Shown here: positions 46,314-55,932 of the stretch, piece after piece
Numbering within the stretch: position 1 is the stretch's first letter
Layout of the letters: every line of letters starts with the position of its first letter
NCBI GenBank assembly: GCA_029880545.1
Contig: JAOUOD010000003.1
Span: 79,222 to 143,221 of the forward strand
Direction: 5' to 3'
Source: Gammaproteobacteria bacterium
GTDB taxonomy: Bacteria; Pseudomonadota; Gammaproteobacteria; Acidiferrobacterales; SZUA-150
DNA: 64,000 nt
Position numbers and translations under genes: made by a program
The notes under the pieces: model-generated
What the model saw: the letters and a program-made list of their open reading frames with translations, nothing else
The model's database searches: none
What the model was told of the DNA's origin: nothing

Positions 46314-46692
46314 TAGGGTTCCCCTTTCGCGGTATTATTGGGTTGGCCACAAATAAAACGCCGGGCAGGAAAACCTGCCTGGCAGTATGACTCGTTTAAT
46401 TGTCGCCAAGCCCCGATTGGGGAAACTGCAATAAATATTATTATTCTGAAGGCCTGTTGATACCACAGGGTATTTGCTGCACAGGCACATGCTCGAACTA
46501 GGATAGCCAAAGTCGCCGGGCGCGGCAACCCGGGTTTTTGTTTCAGGCAGAAGAGCGGGATTTTTCCCGCGTGAGAGATCTGTGCAGCAGCAAGGGTCAG
46601 GCCGAGCATGGCCACGAAACTGCTCTTCAATGTGGTCTGCTGGTGAGTGCGTAGCGCTATAATTCATGCTTGTTTTCTAGTACCTTCGCCCC

Positions 46693-47475
46693 ATGAGAGT
46701 GATATCAGCAAATTTGAACGGCATCCGGGCGGCCCATAAGAAGGGCTTTTTTCAGTGGCTGGCACGGCAGAAGGCCGACGTGGTCTGCATCCAGGAGACC
46801 AAGGCCCAGGTGCACCAGTTGACTGCCGAGATGCTGGAGCCGAAGGGGTTTTACGGCTATTTCCACGACGCCGAGAAGAAGGGCTACAGTGGTGTCGCTA
46901 TTTACAGCAAACTGCAGCCGGATAATGTGCGCATTGGCCTGGAGTTGCCGGAATGGGATGCCGAGGGGCGTTACATCCAGGTGGATTTTGGCGAGCTGAG
47001 CATTGCCTCAATCTATGTGCCATCCGGTTCCAGCGGTGATGTGCGGCAGGAAGCCAAGTTTCGTTTTATGGATGAGTTCACCCCGGTCATGCAAGACATG
47101 AAGGCCAGCGGTCGTGAATTCATTCTTTGCGGCGACTGGAACATTGTTCATAAAGAGATCGATATCAGGAACTGGAAAAGCAACCAGAAGAACTCGGGTT
47201 GCTTGCCGGAAGAACGCGCCTGGCTGACAAAGTTGTTTGATGAGATGGGCTGGGTGGACGTGTTTCGTGTCGTCAACCGGAAACCGGACCAGTATACCTG
47301 GTGGTCCAACCGTGGTAATGCCCGGGCCAATAATGTGGGGTGGCGCATTGATTACCATATCGCCACGCCCGGTATTGCCAAAAAGGCAACAAAGGATCGC
47401 ATCTACAAAGACAACTGGTTCTCCGATCATGCGCCGCTGATTATTGATTACGACTACGACCTGGAAGGAAACTGA
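46693..47475 (+). CDS. xthA: Exodeoxyribonuclease III (AP endonuclease)
   Basis: 260 aa: MRVISANLNGIRAA...DVVCIQETK...WWSNRGNARANNVGWRIDY...SDHAPL. The ExoIII/EEP-fold motifs are in order. Confidence 0.92.
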   Translation: MRVISANLNGIRAAHKKGFFQWLARQKADVVCIQETKAQVHQLTAEMLEPKGFYGYFHDAEKKGYSGVAIYSKLQPDNVRIGLELPEWDAEGRYIQVDFGELSIASIYVPSGSSGDVRQEAKFRFMDEFTPVMQDMKASGREFILCGDWNIVHKEIDIRNWKSNQKNSGCLPEERAWLTKLFDEMGWVDVFRVVNRKPDQYTWWSNRGNARANNVGWRIDYHIATPGIAKKATKDRIYKDNWFSDHAPLIIDYDYDLEGN

Positions 47476-48822
47476 TTGACGGCGACAGTATCCAGTTGGC
47501 GGGAGGCGCTGTCGGTTTATACCCGGCCACGCGTTGTTGGCATGTTCTTTCTTGGTTTTGTGGCCGGGCTGCCGTTTCCCCTTGTATTTACAACGCTGTC
47601 TACCTGGCTGCGTGATGTGGGCGTTGAGCGCAGCACGATCGGCTTCTTCGCCTGGATAGGCATCAGCTATTCCATCAAGGTGTTCTGGTCACCGGTAGTG
47701 GACCGGGTACCGATCCCGTTTTTCACGCGCGTGATGGGCAAGCGCCGGTCATGGATGTTACTGGCGCAGCTGTTCATTATTCTTGGCTTGACCGGCATGG
47801 CATTGACCAACCCGACGCAGCATATCGTAACCATGGCGTTGTTTGCCTTGCTGGTGGCGTTTGCTTCGGCCACCCAGGACGTGGCCATTGATGCTTATCG
47901 TATCGAGGCGGTAGAAGCAGAGTACCAGGGCGCCATGGCGGCCATGTACCAGAGTGGCTGGCGCGTGGCCGCCGCGTTGGTTGGTGGCGCAGGCGCCTTG
48001 TATATTGCGGAATATGCGTCGTGGCAGAGCAGTTACCTGGTTATGGCTGCCAGCATCATAGTGGGTATTGTTACTGTGTTGGTTATTCGCGAGCCTGAAC
48101 ACAAGGTCGGTTCAAACATGGCCGCCGACGAGCAGCGTGTTATTGATTACCTTGAGCGGGCGGCGCATGTGCCGGGTGTTATTCGCAGGCCGGTTGCCTG
48201 GTTCATCGGTGCTGTTGTATGCCCGTTTACCGATTTTTTCAAACGTAACGGGAAATGGGCGCTGACCATTTTGCTGTTTATTGGCATTTATCGCATCAGT
48301 GACATTGTGCTGGCCAACATGGCTTACCCGTTTTATATCGACATGGGCTACAGCAAGCCGGAGATTGCCAATATTGCCAAGTTGTTCGGCTTTGCCATGG
48401 CGGTGGGCGGCGCCTTTGTCGGTGGTGCGCTGGTAGTGCGTTACGGCATCATGCGCATACTGTTGCTGGGCGCGATACTGGTGGCAATTACCAACCTGTT
48501 TTATGCGCAACTGGCAGTCATGGATAAAAGTCTCGCCGGCCTTGCCTTTGTCATCAGTGCCGATAATTTTTCCGGTGGCCTTGCCGGGTCGGCATTCATC
48601 GCCTACCTGTCGCGCCTGACCAACTCGGCGTATACAGCAACCCAGTACGCGCTGTTCAGTTCCCTGATGACGCTTGGACCAAAGTTTGTCTCGGGATTCT
48701 CCGGGGTGATTGTTGATGGCTTTGGCTATGTCAGCTTCTTTGTCTACGCGGCAGTCATGGGCATCCCGGCGATACTGATGGTGACGGTGCTGGCCAAAAA
48801 CGAGTCCCCTGACGGTCGCTGA
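47476..48822 (+). CDS. ampG: AmpG-family MFS permease (muropeptide/anhydromuropeptide transporter)
   Basis: 448 aa with 12-14 TM helices. The AmpG-like N-terminus is YTRPRVVGMFFLGFVAGLPFPLVFTTLSTWLRDVGV...WSPVVDR..IP. The TTG start abuts the xthA stop. Confidence 0.8.
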   Translation: MTATVSSWREALSVYTRPRVVGMFFLGFVAGLPFPLVFTTLSTWLRDVGVERSTIGFFAWIGISYSIKVFWSPVVDRVPIPFFTRVMGKRRSWMLLAQLFIILGLTGMALTNPTQHIVTMALFALLVAFASATQDVAIDAYRIEAVEAEYQGAMAAMYQSGWRVAAALVGGAGALYIAEYASWQSSYLVMAASIIVGIVTVLVIREPEHKVGSNMAADEQRVIDYLERAAHVPGVIRRPVAWFIGAVVCPFTDFFKRNGKWALTILLFIGIYRISDIVLANMAYPFYIDMGYSKPEIANIAKLFGFAMAVGGAFVGGALVVRYGIMRILLLGAILVAITNLFYAQLAVMDKSLAGLAFVISADNFSGGLAGSAFIAYLSRLTNSAYTATQYALFSSLMTLGPKFVSGFSGVIVDGFGYVSFFVYAAVMGIPAILMVTVLAKNESPDGR

Positions 48823-49017
48823 AAAGAAAGTCATCGTATTTTCAAACAAGTACTTGTGGATGAAACTTGAGGTAAATACTGCCCGGCTTGCAGGCGTTTG
48901 CTATTGCTCGTATATTGACCCGCATAAATACATTATAAAAACCTGATATGGCAGCGCTACCATAAATAAAGATATCGCTAATGCTGCCTGTTTTTATCGC
49001 TAGCGAGGGAGCATGGC

Positions 49018-49692
49018 GTGACCGAATCTGCAGTAATCAGTTCGGGGTTTCCCGAACAGTATTCCCGTATCAATGATCCTGTCTGGAAGCAAGTCTCTGC
49101 TTCGGCGCGACCCTATTTTATTCCGGCCGGAACCGTGATTAATGCCGGCGATGGAAACAGTCCCGGTTTTATGGTGCTGTCTGCCGGAGCGGTCAGGGTA
49201 ATGGCAACATCGGAAGAGGGGCGTGAAATCCTGTTGTACAGAATCAGGCCGGGTGATGTCTGTGTGCTGGCATTGGCCGAGTTGATTGACCAACGGCCTG
49301 GCGGTATCAAGGCGATAATCGAGCAGGATGTATCGGCCATCAGTATGTCCCACGAGCAGTTTCAATACGCGTTTTCAGGATCTAATGATTTCAGAAACAT
49401 CATGTTGTTGACTATTGCCAGGCGTCTTAACGAGATGACCACCCTGATCAAGGATCTTGCCTTTGAGCGGCTGGATCGACGTATTGCCCGCACATTGCTG
49501 GAAAAGGTGGAAGAAACCGGATCAACCGTTCTGCAACTTACACACCAGGACCTGGCCCACCATCTTGGTTCAACGCGCGAAGTCATTAGCCGAATTCTGA
49601 AGGAGCACGAGAAAGTCTGCGGCTGCATTCGCATGGGTCGCGGCATTATTGAAATCGTTGATCTCGACGCTATTCGCGCGGTCGCTGAATAA
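49018..49692 (+). CDS. Crp/Fnr-family transcriptional regulator (no FNR-type N-terminal Cys cluster)
   Basis: 224 aa with a cNMP-binding-like beta-roll (GREILLYRIRPGDVCVLA) and a C-terminal HTH (LTHQDLAHHLGSTREVISRILKEHEK) containing the RE..SR recognition motif. GTG start. Confidence 0.85.
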   Translation: MTESAVISSGFPEQYSRINDPVWKQVSASARPYFIPAGTVINAGDGNSPGFMVLSAGAVRVMATSEEGREILLYRIRPGDVCVLALAELIDQRPGGIKAIIEQDVSAISMSHEQFQYAFSGSNDFRNIMLLTIARRLNEMTTLIKDLAFERLDRRIARTLLEKVEETGSTVLQLTHQDLAHHLGSTREVISRILKEHEKVCGCIRMGRGIIEIVDLDAIRAVAE

Positions 49693-49734
49693 CGCCAACA
49701 ATCTCCCTTTCCTCATAAAACCCTGCTTTTTTAG

Positions 49735-49773
49735 TGTAACCAAAATCACACAAGCTTAGTGATTATCGTTACA
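49735..49773. promoter_or_regulatory. Two adjacent CRP-type palindromes upstream of the cupredoxin gene pair
   Basis: Site 1, 49735-49750: TGTAA-ccaaaa-TCACA. Site 2, 49758-49773: AGTGA-ttatcg-TTACA. Both approximate TGTGA-N6-TCACA, and their centres are 23 bp apart. They lie 45-80 nt after the Crp-family gene and about 225-260 nt before the first cupredoxin gene. Confidence 0.45.
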
Positions 49774-49995
49774 GACAAGAACCTTGGCTGATCGCTAATC
49801 TCATTCCCGCATCAACCAGACCTATACGCATATAAGACAATCAGACCGGTTGTGGTTGGCGCCGCCCGTGATCCACGGGTGATAACTATAAAACCAAAGG
49901 GATTTGCGGCTGTACGACTTGATCACGTGCAGCCCTTGGGGTCGGGAAAACACGGTTTGTAACCTTCACTAGAGTGTATTGAGGAGATCAATCAT

Positions 49996-50931
49996 ATGAA
50001 ACGGCGCGAATTTCTCCGTAACGGGGCCGCGGGCGCTGCAGCATTCAGCATGTCTGGCATGACCACGCTATTGCCACGCAAGGCGAACGCTGCAGTAACA
50101 GTCAATCTCACGGCCGAGGGCGCAACCCGGACACTGGTAGACGGGACATCGGTATTTGTCTGGCGTTTCCGTGACAACAATGGCACGGGACCGGGTGCGT
50201 TGACGTCCGGCCTTGTTGTGCAGGAAGGCCAGGCTGTTACGGTCAATGTCAGCAATGCACTGGATCGCAATATCAATTTTGTCATCCCGGGAGTGCTGGA
50301 AGGCACCAGTTCAGTATCGCCGGGAAGCTCCCGCAGCTACAGCTTCACGGCGCCGGCGGCGGGAAGTTATTTTTATACCGACAGTCGCAACGGCGAAATC
50401 GGTCGTGCCATGGGTCTTGCCGGGCCGATGGTGGTGATGCCGTCCGATGGCAGCCAACGACTGTATCGCGGCGGCCCGTCTTTTGATCGCCAATACACGC
50501 TGGTGCTCAACGAGTTGGATGATCGCCTGAATGCCGCAGTTGCGGCCGGTGGCAGCTACAACATGGCCAACTACGAGCCCAATTACTTTTTCGTCAATGG
50601 CATGAGTTACCCCGATACATCCGCCGATGCGGATACGGTGGTTTCCATGCGAACCGGTGATGATGTGGCAATTCGTTTCATTAATGTCGGTGCCATTACC
50701 AATCCAATGCATTTCCATGGTTACCACGTGAACATCGCTACACGCAACCGTGTGCCCGATACGCTTATGGGCGAGAAGGACACGGTGCTGGTGAACGTGG
50801 GCGAGTGCGTTGATGTGATGTTGCCGGTAAAGCAGAACGGCAAGTATCCATTGCACACGCACTATGTCCCCGGGGTGACTGCTGATGGCACGTATGCCAA
50901 CGGCGCATTGATCATTATGTCGGCTGCCTGA
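49996..50931 (+). CDS. Tat-exported two-cupredoxin-domain protein with only L1/L2-type multicopper-oxidase His pairs
   Basis: 311 aa with a twin-arginine signal (MKRREFLRNGAAGAAAFS...RKANA). The C-terminal domain has NPMHFHGYH and YPLHTHY. There is no HCH Cys, and the N-terminal domain has no His pairs (NINFVIPG where HxHG would be expected). Confidence 0.8.
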   Translation: MKRREFLRNGAAGAAAFSMSGMTTLLPRKANAAVTVNLTAEGATRTLVDGTSVFVWRFRDNNGTGPGALTSGLVVQEGQAVTVNVSNALDRNINFVIPGVLEGTSSVSPGSSRSYSFTAPAAGSYFYTDSRNGEIGRAMGLAGPMVVMPSDGSQRLYRGGPSFDRQYTLVLNELDDRLNAAVAAGGSYNMANYEPNYFFVNGMSYPDTSADADTVVSMRTGDDVAIRFINVGAITNPMHFHGYHVNIATRNRVPDTLMGEKDTVLVNVGECVDVMLPVKQNGKYPLHTHYVPGVTADGTYANGALIIMSAA

Positions 50932-50963
50932 GGCGGTCGAACTGAACGTATTGGAGGTTTGTT

Positions 50964-51974
50964 ATGTTTAGCTATTTAAATTCTGTTCCCATGGGACGTA
51001 TGGGTGGCGGTGGTGGCGGAGGCGGTGGTGGCGCCGGCTCAACCGGCGGTGGCCGCACGTTTACATTTCTTGGTCCCAATAATGCCACGGTCGGCGTCAA
51101 TATGAATGGTTCGGCAACCATGGCTGATGGCAGGACAATCAGCACCTGGTATTTTGGCAGTGGTTTTAACGGTGATCGCACCGTGCCAAGCCCGGTCATC
51201 GAAGGTGTCCAGGGCCAGACTGTAAACGTCACGCTTAATTCCATGATGGAGCATACCATTCACTTGCATGGTCTCGATGTGAACCAGGCCAATGACGGCG
51301 TACCGGCGACCTCTGGATCGGTTGGTATGGGACAGGCGCTGGGTACATCTTATACCTATACATTCACTGCACCCCATGCCGGTACCTATATGTACCACTG
51401 TCATGTGGATACGGTGCTGCATTTTGAAATGGGCATGTACGGTACTGTTATCATTCGCCCGAGTGATGGCTCAACCAACAAGGCATGGAATAACGGACCG
51501 ACGTTTGACAAGGAGTACATCTGGCACCTGCATACCTTCGACAGCACCTGGCACGGTGGTGGCGGTATGGGTGGTGGCGGTATGGGTGGTGGCATGGCTA
51601 CCGGCGCACCGACTGCGCGTCATCGCCCGGATTACTTCATGATTAACGGACGCGATGGGGGCAATACGCTGAACGATACGACAACAGCCATACGTGCTGC
51701 TGCCGGCAAGAAGGTGCTGATTCGTGCAACCGGTGTCGGATACCAGCCGGCCGTGGTTCGCCTCGGCGGCCTGGCATTTGATGTCATCGCCTCTGACGGC
51801 CGGCCCTTGCCGAACCCGATACGAACAACGTCACAGTTAATTGCCCCGGGTGAGCGTTATGATCTGCTCCTGACCATGCCCAGTAGCGGCACGCGCACCG
51901 CGACCGTGGACTATTACGATATTCGTCGAGGCGGAATCCTCGGTAGCGCATCAACCAGTATTACCGTGGGCTGA
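50964..51974 (+). CDS. Signal-less two-cupredoxin-domain protein with only L3/L4-type (type-1 Cu plus His pairs) multicopper-oxidase motifs
   Basis: 336 aa with GGAGG upstream. The N-terminus is MFSYLNSVPMGRM plus a run of 10 Gly. The N-terminal domain has HTIHLHG and YHCHVDTVLHFEMGM. The C-terminal domain has no copper-ligand motifs. A Gly/Met-rich linker HGGGGMGGGGMGGGM joins them. Confidence 0.8.
   Translation: MFSYLNSVPMGRMGGGGGGGGGGAGSTGGGRTFTFLGPNNATVGVNMNGSATMADGRTISTWYFGSGFNGDRTVPSPVIEGVQGQTVNVTLNSMMEHTIHLHGLDVNQANDGVPATSGSVGMGQALGTSYTYTFTAPHAGTYMYHCHVDTVLHFEMGMYGTVIIRPSDGSTNKAWNNGPTFDKEYIWHLHTFDSTWHGGGGMGGGGMGGGMATGAPTARHRPDYFMINGRDGGNTLNDTTTAIRAAAGKKVLIRATGVGYQPAVVRLGGLAFDVIASDGRPLPNPIRTTSQLIAPGERYDLLLTMPSSGTRTATVDYYDIRRGGILGSASTSITVG
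51555..51596 (+). repeat. In-frame 15-bp direct repeat (GGTGGTGGCGGTATG x2 plus a 12-bp partial copy) encoding (GGGGM)n
   Basis: Read directly: ggtggtggcggtatg ggtggtggcggtatg ggtggtggcatg. A separate run of 10 Gly codons lies at 51003-51032. Confidence 0.85.
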
Positions 51975-52013
51975 TCACGGATTGCACGATGTGCGCTTCG
52001 AGGGCGTACGGAA

Positions 52014-52044
52014 AAGGCCGGGGTGACCCGGCCTTATTCTTTGG
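52014..52044. terminator. Hairpin terminator between the cupredoxin operon and convergent metW
   Basis: AAGGCCGGG-gtga-CCCGGCCTT followed by ATTCTTTGG. An A-rich run (GAAAA) on the other side could serve the minus strand. Confidence 0.6.
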
Positions 52045-52059
52045 TAAATGCGGCGACTG

Positions 52060-52668
52060 TTATTTTTTCCGGAAACGATACAGCGCCACTTCGCCCAGCA
52101 GGTTTGGCAATATTTTTAAACCAAAACTGCCGCGGTGACTGTGATCCACGGCCTGGCGTTCCAGTATGCGAAAGCCCAGCCGGTCACAAAGCCGTTCAAA
52201 GTCGCTGAGCGTGCACAAGTGGATATTGGGCGTGTTGTACCACTCGTTGGGCAGGGATCGCGTTACCGGCATGTGGCCACCGAATACCAGGTTCAGCCGT
52301 GACTTCCAGTGACCGAAGTTGGGAAAGGTGACAATGCCTTCATTGCCAACGCGCATCATTTCCTTGAGCAGCAAGTCAGGCCGATGCATGGCCTGCAGCG
52401 TCATGGACAGGATGACATGGTCAAACGAGTCTTCATCGAACTCCGCCAGGCCAAGGTTAAGATCCATCTGGATAATATTGATGCCATGACTGATGCATTG
52501 CACCACGTCGCTGTCGGCGATATCGACACCATAACCGTTCACACCCTTGGTTTGCAGCAAGTGGTGCATGAGCGTGCCATCACCACAGCCGAGATCCAGT
52601 ACCCGGCTTTCCGGCTTGATCCAGTCGGCAATGATCGCCAGGTCAGGTCGTTGGGCAAGCAGGTTCAT
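52060..52668 (-). CDS. metW: Methionine biosynthesis protein MetW (SAM-methyltransferase-fold)
   Basis: 202 aa: [16 protein letters not shown]. It overlaps the metX stop by 4 nt, as in other metXW operons. Confidence 0.9.
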   Translation of the reverse strand: MNLLAQRPDLAIIADWIKPESRVLDLGCGDGTLMHHLLQTKGVNGYGVDIADSDVVQCISHGINIIQMDLNLGLAEFDEDSFDHVILSMTLQAMHRPDLLLKEMMRVGNEGIVTFPNFGHWKSRLNLVFGGHMPVTRSLPNEWYNTPNIHLCTLSDFERLCDRLGFRILERQAVDHSHRGSFGLKILPNLLGEVALYRFRKK

Positions 52669-53828
52669 TGTGCTGCTCCCTTCGCGGATTCCCTGGCGAC
52701 GCGTTTCATGTAGGCATCAAATACGGCCACGTATTGCGGAATCTTCATCAGGAAAGCGTCATGCCCGTGTATGGCATCCACCTCGGCATAGCTGACATTA
52801 AGATCGTTGTCATGAACGGCCTTGACGATCTCTCGGGAACGCGACGGCGCGAAGCGCCAGTCACTGCTGAAGGAAACAACCAGAAAGTCGGCCCTGGCGG
52901 TGGACAGGGCGCGAGTGAGATCGCCATCGCATGTCGCCGCCGGGTCAAAGTAATCCAGCACCTTGGTCATCAGCAGGTAAGTATTGGCATCGAAGCGACC
53001 AACAAAGCTGTCGGCCTGGTAGCGCAGATAGCTTTCTACCTGGAACTCGACATCGAAGTCGAAGTCGATCTTGCCGTCGCGCAGGTCGCGACCAAACTTC
53101 TCGCGCATCATGTCGTCAGAAAGGTAGGTAATATGGCCAAGCATGCGGGCAATGCGCAGGCCGCGTGCGGGTTCGGTACCCTGCTCGCTGTAGCGGCCGT
53201 CATGAAAATCGGGATCGGTACGAATCGCCTGGCGCGCGACTTCGTTGAAGGCAATATTCTGTGCGGTCAGTTTTGGTGCTGATGCTACAACCACGGCATG
53301 ACGCAGGCGATCAGGATAATCAATAGCCCATTGCAGTACCTGCATGCCGCCGAGACTGCCACCGATTACCGCGGCCCATTGTTCGATACCCAGCAGATCG
53401 GCAAGCCTTGCCTGGCTTTCGACCCAGTCTTTCACTGTAACAATGGGGAAGTCCGGTCCAAAAGGTTTGCCGGTTTTCGGGTTAATGCTTGATGGCCCGC
53501 TGGAGCCTGCACAGCCGCCAAGATTGTTGAGCCCGACGACGAAGAAGTTGTTGGTATCAATGGGTTTGCCCGGGCCAACGAAGTTTTCCCACCAGCCGGG
53601 CTTCTTGTCTTCAGTGGAATGATAACCGGCGACGTGGTGATCGCTGCTGAGCGCATGACAAATCAGGACGGCATTGGTTTTGTCGGTGTTGAGTTGGCCA
53701 TAGGTTTCATAGACCAGGTCATAGCCGTCAAGCACACCGCCACTGACCAGTTGCAATGGTTCGATGAAAGTGGCGGTCTTGGGTGTTACCAATCCGACTG
53801 AGTCGGCGGGAATGGTTTCCGGCATCAA
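52665..53828 (-). CDS. metX: Homoserine O-acyltransferase MetX (acetyl- or succinyl-transferring)
   Basis: 387-aa alpha/beta hydrolase with MetX hallmarks ([16 protein letters not shown], the nucleophile elbow [14 protein letters not shown], and HGHDAFL). Confidence 0.92.
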   Translation of the reverse strand: MMPETIPADSVGLVTPKTATFIEPLQLVSGGVLDGYDLVYETYGQLNTDKTNAVLICHALSSDHHVAGYHSTEDKKPGWWENFVGPGKPIDTNNFFVVGLNNLGGCAGSSGPSSINPKTGKPFGPDFPIVTVKDWVESQARLADLLGIEQWAAVIGGSLGGMQVLQWAIDYPDRLRHAVVVASAPKLTAQNIAFNEVARQAIRTDPDFHDGRYSEQGTEPARGLRIARMLGHITYLSDDMMREKFGRDLRDGKIDFDFDVEFQVESYLRYQADSFVGRFDANTYLLMTKVLDYFDPAATCDGDLTRALSTARADFLVVSFSSDWRFAPSRSREIVKAVHDNDLNVSYAEVDAIHGHDAFLMKIPQYVAVFDAYMKRVARESAKGAAQ

Positions 53829-53952
53829 CGGGCTCGTCCAGTCAGGTGTATTACCGTTTACAATGGCCGGAGTTAACCACGCGGACAGATAGCTGTAAAC
53901 CGCGAACCCGGGGCTGGCTGGCGCACTCCCGGCTACCAGGTAGCCGGGGCAT

Positions 53953-55932
53953 TCAGCTCAGATGTTCCGGTTTGCTGAGGAAAACGTGCTGGTTGATCTT
54001 GTCCCGAATATAGGCGGTAGTTCGTTGCTGGGACTCCAGGTCGACCCGGGTTTCTTCCAGCTCGGCAATGCTTTCATCCAGCGAGCCTTGCTGCACGGAA
54101 ATCTGGCGCAGGTTCTGGGTGCGCTGGTCGATCATTTCCTTGTGCTCCTGGATCTGGGCAATAACCGGGTCCATGATGGATTTGTACCAGACTTTTACGT
54201 CATCGTTACACTGGCTGAACGTGTTGCGCGCGTGACTGACCATGCTGATGAAGAACCGCTTGATCACAAAATGCTGTTCCATCATCACCATAATGGTGCT
54301 GTTTCGGAATGCCTCGGCTTCACGGTAAAGCCGGGAAAGCTCATTGAGATATGGCCGAAGCGAGAAGTTTTGTGACTTCAGCTTGGCCAGGCCATGCTCG
54401 ACCTGGAAGCTGTTGTAAATACCCTCTACTACTTCCTTGATGGCGTGGGCCTGCTTGTTCACTTCCTGCATGGTTTCGACGGCGCCATCAAAAAAGGTTT
54501 TCATGCCGATTTTCAGGCCGTGGGTTGTCCAGGATTCGTGCATATCCTTTCGGGTCTGGGATATGAGCCGGTCGAATGCCTTGAGACTGAGCGGTTGCGC
54601 CAGTACCCGCATCTGTTCTTTCAGCTTGACCTGGGCCTTGTTGAAGTTCGCGATTTTCTTGTCGTAGGCTCGTTGTTCTTCGCGCGCCTCTTCGATCATC
54701 TCCTGGATCGTGTGCTGGTTCTTGCCGCGCAGGCCTTTTAATTCCTGCAGTTGGTCGTTGATGGAAGAGAGTCGGTTGGCAACCATGGACGAAGTGTTTT
54801 CCACCATACTGCCGACCTGGTGCACAATCTTGTCGTGTACCAGGGCCTGCTTGTAGGGGATGATTTCCCTGGTGAGCTTGTGCTCCAGTTCACGCAGTCC
54901 ACTTTGGCCGAGCAGGTTGCTGTCACCCTTGATTTTGCCAATCAGTCCCTTGAGCGCAGATACCGGGAATACCTGGCTCTTGGTAATGCCCAGTGCCTGG
55001 GCGGTTTCCTGCATTTGCCTGGAAATGGTTGCCTGGACAACCGCATCACCGCGCAGTTCATCCCAGAGCGTATCGACCTTGTTCAGTACGACGATGCGCC
55101 GGGTTTCGTTGCCATCGGTCGCCGGTTTGACATAGCTGTTCCAGATTTCAAGGTCAGACTTGGTTACGCCCTGGTCTGCCGACAGTACAAACAATACCGC
55201 GTGCGCATTGGGCAGCATGTTCAGAGTAAGCTCCGGTTCCGAACCCAGCGAGTTCAGGCCCGGCGTATCCAGTACGACCAGCCCTTTTTGCAGTAACGGG
55301 TGCGGATAGTTGACGATTGCATGGCGCCAAACAGGGATTTCCACCATGCCGCCCTGGACCGTCTGGGCCATCATGGTGTCTTCCGGGTTGTATAGATCCA
55401 GCTTCTGCGCTTCCTGGATTGTGACTTTCTTGTTCCTGATGATTTCCTTGAAGGTTTCCGCCATTTTGGCTGAATCATTAACCGGTAATGGAATTCGCGT
55501 CCACTGGGTTGGTGAGCGCTTGTATTCGGCAATGGTATGGTTGCCTTCGCGGGTTTCAATGGGCAGCAGCATGATGCACGGCGGCAACTTGTCTGTATGC
55601 AGCAGTTCGGTCGGGCACATGGTGGTGCGACCGGCGTCAGTTGGCAGCAGTCTTTCCTTGTAATCGGCGAAAAAAATGGAATTGATCAACTCGGTTTTGC
55701 CGCGGGAAAACTCGCCGACGATGGCGATAGTGAAATTGTCTGATTTAAGTCCCTGGATAATTTCGTAAGTGGGCAAATCGGCGATACCACGGCTTTGGCC
55801 GTGGCGCTCAAGAAAATCCTGGTAGTCGGAGAGTGCGGTGAGCAGCCCCTCACGCCAGACATGATAATCATCAAGTTGTGCGCTGAGCGTATCGGCAATC
55901 GCGTTGCCGGTGACCTGGACAACATTTTCCAT
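53953..55932 (-). CDS. Bacterial dynamin-like GTPase (BDLP family)
   Basis: 659 aa. G1: [15 protein letters not shown]3: [10 protein letters not shown]4: VVLNKVD. A long helical stalk/paddle region of about 350 aa follows. Confidence 0.85.
   Translation of the reverse strand: MENVVQVTGNAIADTLSAQLDDYHVWREGLLTALSDYQDFLERHGQSRGIADLPTYEIIQGLKSDNFTIAIVGEFSRGKTELINSIFFADYKERLLPTDAGRTTMCPTELLHTDKLPPCIMLLPIETREGNHTIAEYKRSPTQWTRIPLPVNDSAKMAETFKEIIRNKKVTIQEAQKLDLYNPEDTMMAQTVQGGMVEIPVWRHAIVNYPHPLLQKGLVVLDTPGLNSLGSEPELTLNMLPNAHAVLFVLSADQGVTKSDLEIWNSYVKPATDGNETRRIVVLNKVDTLWDELRGDAVVQATISRQMQETAQALGITKSQVFPVSALKGLIGKIKGDSNLLGQSGLRELEHKLTREIIPYKQALVHDKIVHQVGSMVENTSSMVANRLSSINDQLQELKGLRGKNQHTIQEMIEEAREEQRAYDKKIANFNKAQVKLKEQMRVLAQPLSLKAFDRLISQTRKDMHESWTTHGLKIGMKTFFDGAVETMQEVNKQAHAIKEVVEGIYNSFQVEHGLAKLKSQNFSLRPYLNELSRLYREAEAFRNSTIMVMMEQHFVIKRFFISMVSHARNTFSQCNDDVKVWYKSIMDPVIAQIQEHKEMIDQRTQNLRQISVQQGSLDESIAELEETRVDLESQQRTTAYIRDKINQHVFLSKPEHLS

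Noticed and set aside
46313-46667. Two overlapping about 105-110-aa minus-strand ORFs upstream of the giant lipoprotein gene
   Set aside because: They overlap each other in different frames and have odd composition (Cys/Pro/Arg-rich). They occupy what should be the promoter region shared by the lipoprotein gene and xthA. No motif support was found.
53829-53952. Possible SAM-type riboswitch upstream of metX
   Set aside because: Only a single hairpin was seen (CCCGGCTAC-ctg-GTAGCCGGG), which is more likely the 3' end of the dynamin-like gene. No recognisable SAM-riboswitch pseudoknot or consensus could be identified by eye.
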